From assembly GCA_016839605.1 (NCBI GenBank), contig JAEOTX010000149.1:1-34009 (forward strand): a DNA stretch of 34,009 nt, given 5' to 3'. The stretch is from Candidatus Thorarchaeota archaeon. GTDB lineage: Archaea; Asgardarchaeota; Thorarchaeia; Thorarchaeales; Thorarchaeaceae. The notes below the pieces were generated by a model. The model searched no databases. It had not been told where the DNA came from and saw only the letters and a list, made by a program, of their open reading frames with translations. The translations under genes were made by a program, and so were the position numbers. Shown in pieces: positions 1-9,193 of the stretch (positions are counted from its first letter, which is position 1; every line of letters begins with the position of its first letter).

Positions 1-130
1 CAAAGTGCAATGGATTGTAGTCTCCACTCAGGTCTCCGAATATTTTGATATCTTCTTCTGTAATAGTATGTTCTACTTCCGCGTGCTGTCCTATTGACAG
101 GTCAGAATATTTTGTAATTTCCATCTTCAT
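1..130 (-). CDS. MaoC-family (R)-specific enoyl-CoA hydratase/dehydratase, N-terminal part (runs off window edge)
   Basis: Not in the ORF track. Hand translation from ATG 130 (TGATG overlap with the upstream stop; alternative ATG 124) gives MKMEITKYSDLSIGQHAEVEHTITEEDIKIFGDLSGDYNPLHF, containing the MaoC/PhaJ hydratase motif F-x-x-LSGDxNPLH. Confidence 0.88.
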   Translation of the reverse strand, partial: MKMEITKYSDLSIGQHAEVEHTITEEDIKIFGDLSGDYNPLHF

Positions 131-1152
131 CACTCTCTCATAGTTCCCCATCTTATCGTCATAGCATTCCATGACCATCCGATTCCAGCTGCGGTTAACA
201 CCACCACATCCCCCTCTTTGATTTTACCATCCCTCAGACCTTCTTCGAGAGACACAATCGAGTCGTTTTGCCCCATATGCCCCCATTCCTCGAAGTACGT
301 CGATTGCTCATACGGATGAACCCCAAGCTCATTGGCTACGTACTCAAATGCGCTTCTCTTCATCCTGATTAGACCAAGATAGTCGATGTCCTCTCTTGAA
401 TATCCACTCTTCACAAGTGACTCATCAACAACCTTTAGGAAGTTACTCATTGAGAGCCTGTCAAGTCGATCCTTGAGACCGGCTGGGTCTGTAACATCGA
501 GATAGTGCAACCTCTGCTCAAGCGTTTCACAGGTAGCTGGCATTACCGTACCTCCTGCAGGAACATACACATCTTCTGAAAACTGACCATCGGAGATGAC
601 ACTGCCCTCAAGAACTACGTTTTGCGGATAGTCATTCCGAAGTATCATCGCAACTCCACTGGCAGCTAGGTCGTGCATGAAGCGAGTCCGAATGTTGGTG
701 TAATCGATAAGGTCACAGTTTCTATATCCACTACCAATCAGGACTCTACGGTATCCATGAGTCTGCATCAATGACTTGGCAAGAATCATCGCGACAACAA
801 TGGTGCCACACCTCTGGTTGACATCGAAGGCCCATGCTTTAGTCGCACCCACCTCGTTTTGAAACTTAATCGCGTAGGTCTGCATCGGATGTTCAGCGTA
901 CACCTCTCCAGCCCATATCACCAAGTCAATATCATTAGCTGGATCAATTCCCGCTCGCTCAATAGCTACCTTTGCTGCTTTGATTCCCATGGCAACCGTA
1001 TGGTCGTCAGGACCTGGTACCGATTTGCTCAACATCCCCATCTTTGTCTTGATGATTTCAGCAGGAGTTCCAGAATGCTCAGAGATATACTCAGCTGTGT
1101 GTCTCTCTGAAGGTATGTAGGTCCCTATCGCTTCAATACCAATTGATGTCAT
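130..1152 (-). CDS. fabH: 3-oxoacyl-ACP synthase III (FabH-fold) family protein with non-canonical active site
   Basis: 340 aa. N-terminal GIEAIGTYIP, catalytic Cys in FDVNQRCG, C-terminal VVLTAAGIGWSW. The canonical HQAN and GNTS motifs are replaced by IRMK and GHMGQND. Confidence 0.85.
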   Translation of the reverse strand: MTSIGIEAIGTYIPSERHTAEYISEHSGTPAEIIKTKMGMLSKSVPGPDDHTVAMGIKAAKVAIERAGIDPANDIDLVIWAGEVYAEHPMQTYAIKFQNEVGATKAWAFDVNQRCGTIVVAMILAKSLMQTHGYRRVLIGSGYRNCDLIDYTNIRTRFMHDLAASGVAMILRNDYPQNVVLEGSVISDGQFSEDVYVPAGGTVMPATCETLEQRLHYLDVTDPAGLKDRLDRLSMSNFLKVVDESLVKSGYSREDIDYLGLIRMKRSAFEYVANELGVHPYEQSTYFEEWGHMGQNDSIVSLEEGLRDGKIKEGDVVVLTAAGIGWSWNAMTIRWGTMRE

Positions 1153-2684
1153 GATTGTTCCTCCAATTCTCTTTTCAGAATCTTACCTGCGGCACTCTTG
1201 GGTAGGTCTTCACGAAATTCATAGTACTTGGGTATCTTGTAGCGTGCCAATTTCCCATCAAAATAGATTCGGACTTCATCCTCTGTCAACGACTCACCAG
1301 TTCTCAGTACAATGAATGCTTTGCCCACTTCACCCCATTTTTCGTCAGGAACTCCTACCACTGCAGATTCAGAGATTTTGGGGTGTTTGTAAAGAATCTC
1401 CTCTATTTCAGTGGGAAACACATTCTCGCCACCACTGATGAACATATCCTTCTTGCGACCAACAATATAGTAGAATCCGTCCTTGTCCTTCATTACTAAA
1501 TCCCCGGTGTGAACCCATCCATCAGGTTCCACCACCTTCGCTGTTTCCGCTGGTTCTTCCCAATATCCACTAAATGCGTGTGGTCCTTTGAGCAATAACT
1601 CTCCCACTTCTCCATTTCCTACCGCATTATTATCATCATCAGCTATCATGGTGTCACAATGGAATGCAGGAAAACCAACAGATGTTGGTCGCTTCTTCAC
1701 TGTATCATCAGGCAGGTGGAAATTATTGGGTCCTACCTCAGTGAGTCCATACCCCATCTTCAGAATCTTGTCGAGTGCCCAGTATTTTTCCATTATCGCA
1801 ACAGGACACGGAGCGCCACCACTGATGAACACTCGCACGTGGTCAAAGTTTGTCTTCATGAAATTCGGCGATTGTGAAATCATGTTAAACATAGTAGGGA
1901 CGCCAATCACAACAGTGCATTTCTCTCTCTCAATCACTCTGAGTGTTTCCTCAGAATCGAAGTCACCCATGATTACACTCAATGCTCCAAGGTGGTAGAA
2001 CGGAATGAGAAGTACATTGATGCCACCCGTATGAAAGAGTGGAAAGAGTAGTGGTTGAATATCATCTGGTCTAAGTCCCCAAGAAACGATTGTGTTAACT
2101 GAGTTCCAAAATACCAATCCATGTGATAGGACAGCACCTTTGGGAAGACCTGTAGTTCCTCCTGTAAACACGATGAGCCAAGGATCATCCATTGTAATCG
2201 AAGGTCGTTCTACTGCGTTAGAGGATTTCTTTGTCATGAGCGATGAAATATCGGAGTCTGCATCATACGTCTTATCTCCCAGGACGACTAGTTGCTTCTT
2301 TTCAAGGAATGGACGGAGTTCCCCAAATTGGGTTCGCAAATCGGGATCATAGAAAACCACTGAAGGATTTGTCTTCTTCAAAAGATATTGAATCTCAGGT
2401 GTGGTGAGCCGGATGTTGAACGGAGTCGCAATAGCTCCTATCTTTCCACAAGCAAAGAGGATTTCAAGAAAGTCGAATCTATTCTTCGAATAGATGCCTA
2501 CTCGGTGTCCCTTTTGGACTCCTGAATCAAGCAATACTCTTGCCACTTGATTCGCTCGTCTATCCATATCTTCGAATGAGTATCTCTTATTCTGGATGTT
2601 GTCAACTATTGCTTCTCTCTCTGGAGTCAATAGAGCCCTTCTTCCTGTCCAGTCACCTATCCATGACCAGTCCTTCAGGTCCAT
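1149..2684 (-). CDS. fadD: Long-chain fatty acid-CoA ligase / AMP-dependent acyl-CoA synthetase
   Basis: 511 aa. ANL motifs FTGGTTGLPKG, GYGLTE, GWVHTGD, GRKKDMFISGGENV, PKSAAGKILK. ATGA overlap with the downstream gene. Confidence 0.9.
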   Translation of the reverse strand: MDLKDWSWIGDWTGRRALLTPEREAIVDNIQNKRYSFEDMDRRANQVARVLLDSGVQKGHRVGIYSKNRFDFLEILFACGKIGAIATPFNIRLTTPEIQYLLKKTNPSVVFYDPDLRTQFGELRPFLEKKQLVVLGDKTYDADSDISSLMTKKSSNAVERPSITMDDPWLIVFTGGTTGLPKGAVLSHGLVFWNSVNTIVSWGLRPDDIQPLLFPLFHTGGINVLLIPFYHLGALSVIMGDFDSEETLRVIEREKCTVVIGVPTMFNMISQSPNFMKTNFDHVRVFISGGAPCPVAIMEKYWALDKILKMGYGLTEVGPNNFHLPDDTVKKRPTSVGFPAFHCDTMIADDDNNAVGNGEVGELLLKGPHAFSGYWEEPAETAKVVEPDGWVHTGDLVMKDKDGFYYIVGRKKDMFISGGENVFPTEIEEILYKHPKISESAVVGVPDEKWGEVGKAFIVLRTGESLTEDEVRIYFDGKLARYKIPKYYEFREDLPKSAAGKILKRELEEQS

Positions 2685-2782
2685 AATGATTTAGAATGAA
2701 AACATTGTCAAGTATTAGTCTTACTGAAGAGAAACTTGCTGCACTGGGGAGATATCTGCCCGTTTCATTATTCCCGGAATCC

Positions 2783-2797
2783 AAAAGGTATATTATT
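2783..2797 (+). promoter_or_regulatory. Putative BRE/TATA element for the ABC transporter operon
   Basis: AAAAGGTATATTATT about 45-60 nt upstream of ATG 2842 in the divergent intergenic region. Confidence 0.45.
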
Positions 2798-2841
2798 GGC
2801 CGGCATCGGACCCTCTTGGGATATCCAATTCCAGATATGCC

Positions 2842-3660
2842 ATGTCAATTCAGGAGGAAGTCGAATTGTCCTCAGCGAATGAACTTATCCTGAGCACGAG
2901 TGGGTTGACCAAGAATTTTGGTGGTCTAGTTGCTGTCAATGATGTAAGTCTTGATGTCGAAAGAGGTTCGATAAAAGCAATCATCGGTCCAAATGGGTCC
3001 GGAAAAACTACCTTTTTCAATCTCATTACAGGAGCCCTTCCACCTACAGCTGGACGAATATTCTTTGAAGGTCAAAATATAACTAGATCCTCAATGCATC
3101 AACGGACACGACTAGGCATATCACGCTCCTATCAGATCACGAATATCTTCCCGTATCAAACAACATTCGAGAATATTCGATTGGCAGCTCAGGGCTGTAG
3201 TGGTGCAAGAGTAAACTTCCTAGGGATGTTAAAGAGAGCAGGCTCATATGATGAGTTTCATGAGAAGGTCCTGGATATTGCTTCAATTGTGGGTCTTGAT
3301 CCTACGAGGCTCTATATCCCGGCCGCTTTGATACCGCATGCTGAACAAAGAAAGCTTGAAATCGCGATGGCGCTCGCTACAGAACCGAGACTCCTCTTAC
3401 TTGACGAACCTGCTGCGGGAATGGCAATAGAAGAGATACCAGAGGTTATTGATGCCATTTTGCGGGTAAAAGAATCCTATGGTGATCAACTAACTCTACT
3501 TGTGGTTGAGCATAAGATGGACATTGTTATGACCCTCAGTGAGGAAATCTTTGTTCTTTCAGAAGGAAAGATGATTGCGAAAGGGTCTCCAAAGGAGATC
3601 CAAGAAAATGAACAAGTGTTGACAGCTTATCTTGGTGGTACAGATGAACAACTTGCTTGA
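2842..3660 (+). CDS. livG: Liv-type (HAAT) ABC transporter ATP-binding protein, LivG-like
   Basis: KNFGGLVAV, Walker A GPNGSGKTT, Walker B LLLLDEPAAG, VEH motif, AYLG C-terminus. The signature motif is degenerate (IPHAEQ). Confidence 0.9.
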   Translation: MSIQEEVELSSANELILSTSGLTKNFGGLVAVNDVSLDVERGSIKAIIGPNGSGKTTFFNLITGALPPTAGRIFFEGQNITRSSMHQRTRLGISRSYQITNIFPYQTTFENIRLAAQGCSGARVNFLGMLKRAGSYDEFHEKVLDIASIVGLDPTRLYIPAALIPHAEQRKLEIAMALATEPRLLLLDEPAAGMAIEEIPEVIDAILRVKESYGDQLTLLVVEHKMDIVMTLSEEIFVLSEGKMIAKGSPKEIQENEQVLTAYLGGTDEQLA

Positions 3661-4363
3661 AATACAAGACGCTCACGTATACATTGGCTCCTTCTATATT
3701 TTACAAGGAATCTCAATGGTCGTACCCAAAGGAGAAGTGACTCTGTTATTGGGCAGGAACGGTGCTGGTAAAACTACAACGATGAAAACAATACTCGGTC
3801 TCTATCCACCTAGAGAAGGAAAGGTTGTTTTCAAGGGTGAGGAAATATCAAATCTGCCTACCCATAAAATTGTCAATAAAGGCATTGGATATGTCCCTGA
3901 TACCAGAAGGATATTTGGGACACTGACAGTTGAACAGAATCTAACTGTGTCTAGACGGAAGAGCAGTTCTCGGGATGACCTGCAAGAACGATTGGATCTC
4001 ATCTTTGACTTGTTTCCTGACATGAAAGGATTTCTCAAGCAGAGAGCAGGAACTCTGTCTGGCGGTCAACAGCAAATGCTAGCTGTAGCCCGTGCATTGG
4101 TGAATGACAATGATTTGTTGCTCATAGACGAACCTACAGAGGGATTGAGTCCTCTCTTGGCTAAGAATCTTATCAATGCTCTTGACAGACTAAAGGAATT
4201 CGCCACTATCTTACTAGTCGAACAGAACTTTCGGACTGTGTCGAAGCTGGGTGATAACTACTACATTTTCGATAGTGGAAAAATCGTGCATGAGGGCAAT
4301 AACATGAGTGAGCTAATAGCCGACAAGGCACTTGTTGCACAATACTTGGGGGTGAGCATTTAA
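3644..4363 (+). CDS. livF: Liv-type ABC transporter ATP-binding protein, LivF-like
   Basis: GRNGAGKTT, LSGGQQQ, LLLIDEPTEGLSP, LLVEQN. ATG 3644 is preferred over TTG 3632 because it follows an SD-like GGTGG. Confidence 0.9.
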   Translation: MNNLLEIQDAHVYIGSFYILQGISMVVPKGEVTLLLGRNGAGKTTTMKTILGLYPPREGKVVFKGEEISNLPTHKIVNKGIGYVPDTRRIFGTLTVEQNLTVSRRKSSSRDDLQERLDLIFDLFPDMKGFLKQRAGTLSGGQQQMLAVARALVNDNDLLLIDEPTEGLSPLLAKNLINALDRLKEFATILLVEQNFRTVSKLGDNYYIFDSGKIVHEGNNMSELIADKALVAQYLGVSI

Positions 4364-5475
4364 TGACTATGCAAACAAAGAGATTCTCTCCTCGGGATTA
4401 CTTGGAGGAAAACCCACAGGTTCGTAAGATATTGAGAATTGCAATGGTTATTGCACTCATAATAATTGGAGGTCTATTGGTCGTAATGGCTATAGACGTT
4501 TATACATGGGATGGATTTGTTGCAAGGACTAGCAAATCGGTGGTTAATGGTCTTGCGCTCAGCATGTTGCTTTTCTTGATGGTTTCTGGTTTCTTCTTGA
4601 TCTTTGGTCTATGTGATGTCATCAATTTCGCTCATGGCGCTTTCTTTATGTTGGGAGGGTTCATGGGTTTTGTTATCTATCTTGGAACCGAGGCTCTTTT
4701 CCTAGATTCAACCCTGCCGTTCCATCTTATCTTTGGAGCTAATCAATTTGCCATGTCTCTCACAGCTTTTATTGTAAGTGCCCTTGGAGCTACTGCAATT
4801 CTTGCCCTTATTGGTGGAGGAATAGAGTTCTTTACAGTTCGGCGGCTTTATGGCAATCCTATTGCTCAGATACTGCTGACAGTTGGTTTTATGTTCATTA
4901 TCACTCAGATTGCCGAGATCATCTGGGGGCCTCCCCAATTTAGCTACTTCATTACTCCCAATTCGCAAATAGCCTACTTCTTCATGAGTGGTATTCTTGA
5001 TTTTGGCGAAGGGATGATATTTGAGATATATCGCATTTTCTTGATTTTTCTCGGGTTAGCAGTTGCTGCAATAATGTTTGTTGGATTTAGAAAGACACGT
5101 ATCGGACTCCAGATACAAGCAGGTATAGAAGATTCAGAGATGGTTGAAGCGTTAGGGACTGATATCAGAAAATTGTTCACAATTGTATTCATGTTGGGTG
5201 CAGGTCTAGCGGGACTATCAGGTGCTGTCCTGGTCCCGTGGATTGGAGCAAACTCAGGACATGGTTTGACATACCTCATTTACGCTTTTGTCATAGTCGT
5301 TATTGGCGGCGCACATTACGGTCGCTTTGAAGGGACTTTCTTCGGTGCGCTTATAGTCGGTCTATCAATGCAATTCACAGCATATTTCATTCCATTTCTT
5401 GAGAACATCATTGTATTCATCATTATGGCGATTATTCTGATTATAAGACCAGGAGGACTGACGGGTCATGAATGA
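4363..5475 (+). CDS. livH: Liv-type ABC transporter permease, LivH-like
   Basis: Multi-TM protein with LIFGLCDVINFAHG, KTRIG, VIVVIGG and IRPGGL motifs. TAATG coupling to the upstream gene. Confidence 0.88.
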   Translation: MTMQTKRFSPRDYLEENPQVRKILRIAMVIALIIIGGLLVVMAIDVYTWDGFVARTSKSVVNGLALSMLLFLMVSGFFLIFGLCDVINFAHGAFFMLGGFMGFVIYLGTEALFLDSTLPFHLIFGANQFAMSLTAFIVSALGATAILALIGGGIEFFTVRRLYGNPIAQILLTVGFMFIITQIAEIIWGPPQFSYFITPNSQIAYFFMSGILDFGEGMIFEIYRIFLIFLGLAVAAIMFVGFRKTRIGLQIQAGIEDSEMVEALGTDIRKLFTIVFMLGAGLAGLSGAVLVPWIGANSGHGLTYLIYAFVIVVIGGAHYGRFEGTFFGALIVGLSMQFTAYFIPFLENIIVFIIMAIILIIRPGGLTGHE

Positions 5476-7210
5476 AGAAAGAAAAATCGTTGGGAATCTG
5501 AAAGGAACTATCCTTAGGATACCCTCTATACTTTCAAACAATAGAACAGTAATCGCTGTTCTAGCGTTTTTGTACTTACTCCCATTGGGTACAACTGCAG
5601 GGACGTCCCCCGTTCGAGCTCTGCTCTTCCTTATTACTCAGATAATGATTTTCAGTCTTCTTGCAATGTCTTTTGATCTACAATTAGGCCGTTCAGCGCT
5701 TCTGAATTTTGGACATGTTGCACTTTTCGGTGTGGGGGCTTATTTCATGGCATATACTTTGGATGCAGGTTTTCTCCCCGAGCCCTTTAATGCTATTGCA
5801 GCCATTCCATATCCGCTCACGTTAGTTCTAGCAATGATGATTGGAGGATTTCTTGGGCTTATAATGGGATTGACAACGAGCCGAATGAGAGGCACAGCAT
5901 TTGCATTTATTGCTTTAGCGATTTCGATGTTCCTCTATAATTTCTACGCTGAAAATCCGGGTCTTTCTGGTGGAGAAACAGGACTGGGGGTGCCAACTCC
6001 AGATCTCATCAGGACTGCACCTTTCTATCTGCTCTTTGTCGCCCTTGCATTTGTATTCCTTGCCGCTTTTGCTGGAATGGTCATCCTTTACTTGAAGAAG
6101 CGAACGGATTCAATTGCCCTCATCTTGTTCACTCCAATCATGATAGTCTTTACAGCTTTCCTATTCTTATTTGGAACAAACATCTATGGGCCTATACTGG
6201 TATTCTATGCCTTTCTTGGGATGATACTTCTCTTTTGGATGGAGCGGAAGAGACGAATAAGTGACCCTTTAGAATATGTTGAGAAGACGTTTGCAATGAA
6301 AGGTGAAGTGGAAACCACTAACAAGATGACAACCTATGTAATACCTTTCATTATCATAATAATAACCCTCATAGGTCTGGCAGTTACTTTCGGAACCAAC
6401 ATTGCTGAGATGGTATCCCTGTGGATTGAAGACACCACCACATTCTATTACACAATTCCGGTGCAATTCTATCTAGTATTGACTTGTCTTGTGATGACCT
6501 ACTTCTTCATTAGGCGATTAATTGCATCACCATTTGGGAGAATGGTAACTGCGGTTGCTCAGAATGAAGAACGGGCTGAAGCCTTAGGCTACAATAGCTA
6601 TCGTGCCAAAATAGTCGTTCTTGTTATAAGTGGGGCAATTGCCGCTCTTGCGGGGGCGTTGTATGCACCTTTCATTAGAACTATTGATCCGGGCACTGCA
6701 TTAGGAGTCGAGGTGACAATCAATGCGATGTTGTACACCATTATCGGAGGAATTGGCACACTACTAGGCCCAATACTCGGCACAGGAGTAGTGGTGTACT
6801 CTGAGCTAAATCTGGTAGACTTCATCACGGAGGGTCTAGGCCTACCTGGACGATTATGGTTGGTTGGGCTAGGAGTGATGTATATTTTCATTGTTCTATT
6901 CATGCCCCTTGGTATCGTAGGTTCTATTGGACGCAGGGCTGGGTCTATCAAAGAAAGTCTACGACAATTGAAATTCGGTCGTTTTGAGTTTGGACTGAAG
7001 GATGTTGACTATTGGGTATTTGGGTTCCTAGGAATAATGGGCCTATTCTTCTTCTTGGTGGAAGATCCTAGGTTTCTCCCTATTGCTATCGGTATCTTTG
7101 GATTTCTGGGGGTAGTAGGTTTCTTCCTTTTGTATATCTTTAGAGGGGAGATTTCATCGAGAATAAGAAGCTACGCCAAGAAATTGCGCTTTGCTAGAGG
7201 AGGCGATTGA
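5468..7210 (+). CDS. livM: Liv-type ABC transporter permease, LivM-like, with large internal insertion
   Basis: LLNFGHVALFGVGAY, SGGETG, SPFGR...QNEERAEALGY, IIGGIGTLLGPILG, MPLGIVG. At 580 aa it is longer than typical. Confidence 0.88.
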   Translation: MNEERKIVGNLKGTILRIPSILSNNRTVIAVLAFLYLLPLGTTAGTSPVRALLFLITQIMIFSLLAMSFDLQLGRSALLNFGHVALFGVGAYFMAYTLDAGFLPEPFNAIAAIPYPLTLVLAMMIGGFLGLIMGLTTSRMRGTAFAFIALAISMFLYNFYAENPGLSGGETGLGVPTPDLIRTAPFYLLFVALAFVFLAAFAGMVILYLKKRTDSIALILFTPIMIVFTAFLFLFGTNIYGPILVFYAFLGMILLFWMERKRRISDPLEYVEKTFAMKGEVETTNKMTTYVIPFIIIIITLIGLAVTFGTNIAEMVSLWIEDTTTFYYTIPVQFYLVLTCLVMTYFFIRRLIASPFGRMVTAVAQNEERAEALGYNSYRAKIVVLVISGAIAALAGALYAPFIRTIDPGTALGVEVTINAMLYTIIGGIGTLLGPILGTGVVVYSELNLVDFITEGLGLPGRLWLVGLGVMYIFIVLFMPLGIVGSIGRRAGSIKESLRQLKFGRFEFGLKDVDYWVFGFLGIMGLFFFLVEDPRFLPIAIGIFGFLGVVGFFLLYIFRGEISSRIRSYAKKLRFARGGD

Positions 7211-7211
7211 G

Positions 7212-8051
7212 TTGCCACATGTAGCTATAGGTGACGTTGATCTCTATTATGAATCTCATGGGGCCCCCGGACTCCCAACAATTGTTTTCATTGGAGGATG
7301 GGCCAGTTACCGTTGGATATGGTTTCGACAAATTCCCTACTTAAAAGAAAGATACAGATGTATTGTCTTTGATAATCGTGGATCCGGAAGAAGTTCCAAA
7401 CCTGATTATCCGTATACAATGGATATGTTTGCTAGCGATACCGTTGGTCTGATGGAGGCATTGAATATCGAAACTGCACATGTCCTAGGGATTTCAATGG
7501 GTGGATTGATTGCACAGCAAATAGCTATTTCCTATCCTGAAAAGCTTCGAAGTTTGATCATTGTTTCTAGCCATTTTGGAGGGCCCAATCATATTCCTAT
7601 AGATGACAAAACACTGGCCTTGCTAGGTGCCATTCCCACTGAAACAATCTCGAGAGAGCAGTCCATGGAGATGCGTTATAGGGCAACTTTCAGTCCGCAG
7701 TTCCTTCAAGAAAACAGGTCATTGATAGAATTAACACAAGAATGGGCAAATAAGCATCCAGCACCGCTATTTGCACAAGTACATCAAGCCTCTGCAACAA
7801 GCGCATTTAATGCTGAATCGGAATTGAAAAAGATATCTGCACCTACACTTATCTTACATGGAGATAGTGACCTTGCGGTACCGACTAGGAATGGAGAACT
7901 GTTAGATCAACGCATATCCAATTCGAAATTGAAAATCATAAAGGACGCATCACATTTTGTCATCATTGAAAAGCATGAAGAGTTCAATAATGAGGTAATG
8001 AATTTTATAGATGAAGTGGAACAAGGACAATTCTCTCCTAGGCCCCAGTAG
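7212..8051 (+). CDS. Alpha/beta-fold hydrolase (esterase / enol-lactonase-like)
   Basis: DNRGSGRS, nucleophile elbow GISMGG, acid in HGDSD, His in ASHF. TTG 7212 is preferred because it follows GGAGG, avoids overlap and aligns with the paralog's N-terminus; the track start is 7191. Confidence 0.87.
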   Translation: MPHVAIGDVDLYYESHGAPGLPTIVFIGGWASYRWIWFRQIPYLKERYRCIVFDNRGSGRSSKPDYPYTMDMFASDTVGLMEALNIETAHVLGISMGGLIAQQIAISYPEKLRSLIIVSSHFGGPNHIPIDDKTLALLGAIPTETISREQSMEMRYRATFSPQFLQENRSLIELTQEWANKHPAPLFAQVHQASATSAFNAESELKKISAPTLILHGDSDLAVPTRNGELLDQRISNSKLKIIKDASHFVIIEKHEEFNNEVMNFIDEVEQGQFSPRPQ

Positions 8052-8112
8052 AAGGTGATTTAGGCAAGAAAGAGTGTGCTTGTCCAGATATCAAACTTAG
8101 AGGAAGTTGTAG

Positions 8113-9123
8113 ATGGTTCGTTCAGCTGTGGTCACAAGTCTGGGAATGTATGTTCCTGAAAAGATGTTAACAAATGAAGAAATTGAGCAGATGCTTGATC
8201 GTCCTGGAACAGCAGATTGGTTGGTGGAGAATGTTGGCATCAGACAACGTCACATCATGGCTGAAGATGAGGTGACATCTGATCTTGCTCTTCATGCTGG
8301 TCGTGAAGCATTAGAAAATACGGGATTGGAAGCAGACGATCTCGACCTAATCATTTTGAGTACTGACACACCGGACTATCTATCTCCAGCAACTTCCGTT
8401 GTGGTTCAGCACAAACTCGGCGCAAAAAATGCAGGTACATTTGATGTCAACTGCGCTTGTGCCGGTTTGGTCACTTCTTTGGATATTGCTTCTCGATATA
8501 TCAAAACAGACTCGGACATTAATTCGGTATTGGTGATTGGCGCATATGGAATGACCAAATTTGTAGATTGGACTGATCACTATACCTGTACGTTGTTTGC
8601 GGACGCTGCAGGAGCTATGGTAGTGCGAGCCAGTGAAGACCAAGAAGGATTCATAGCCTCAAAATTGATTTCGGATGGCTCATTCCACGATCATCTAGGT
8701 ATCTTCGTTGGAGGAACAGCTGAGCCACCAACAGTTGAAGCAATCCAGAATCATAGGCACCATCTATCTTTTCGTAAACGCTTTCCTGCAGACACAAACC
8801 TCCAACATTGGCCAACTATGACAAGAGATTGTGTATCAAAGGCGAATCTATCCATCGAGGATATCGATTGGATTTTCTTCACTCAGGTGAACATACGAAC
8901 TATTGAGGCGGTAATGAAGGAACTAGGTATGCCTCTTGAGAAGACCCACAATGTTATGGATAAATGGGGTTATACAGGTTCAGCTTGTATTGCATTGGCG
9001 ATGTACGATGCAATTGAGCAAGGAAAACTTCCGCCACCTGGACAAGGAAATGGTGAGAATATAGCACTCTGCTCGTCGGGGGGAGGTTTCAACATGGCTG
9101 CCGCTGTGTTGAAATGGTGGTAA
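8113..9123 (+). CDS. fabH: 3-oxoacyl-ACP synthase III (FabH-fold) family protein with non-canonical active site
   Basis: GMYVPE, GIRQRH, catalytic Cys in FDVNCACAG, LFADAAGA, SGGGF. HQAN is replaced by TQVN and GNT by GYT. Confidence 0.88.
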   Translation: MVRSAVVTSLGMYVPEKMLTNEEIEQMLDRPGTADWLVENVGIRQRHIMAEDEVTSDLALHAGREALENTGLEADDLDLIILSTDTPDYLSPATSVVVQHKLGAKNAGTFDVNCACAGLVTSLDIASRYIKTDSDINSVLVIGAYGMTKFVDWTDHYTCTLFADAAGAMVVRASEDQEGFIASKLISDGSFHDHLGIFVGGTAEPPTVEAIQNHRHHLSFRKRFPADTNLQHWPTMTRDCVSKANLSIEDIDWIFFTQVNIRTIEAVMKELGMPLEKTHNVMDKWGYTGSACIALAMYDAIEQGKLPPPGQGNGENIALCSSGGGFNMAAAVLKWW

Positions 9124-9193
9124 GGGATTTTTATTCCGGTTGTTCTTGATAATGCATATTGAGCAGGTATAGATTTCCTACTGAGGGGATTCA

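Noticed and set aside
2696-2893. 65-aa ORF in the divergent promoter region
   Set aside because: It overlaps the livG start and putative promoter and has no motif.
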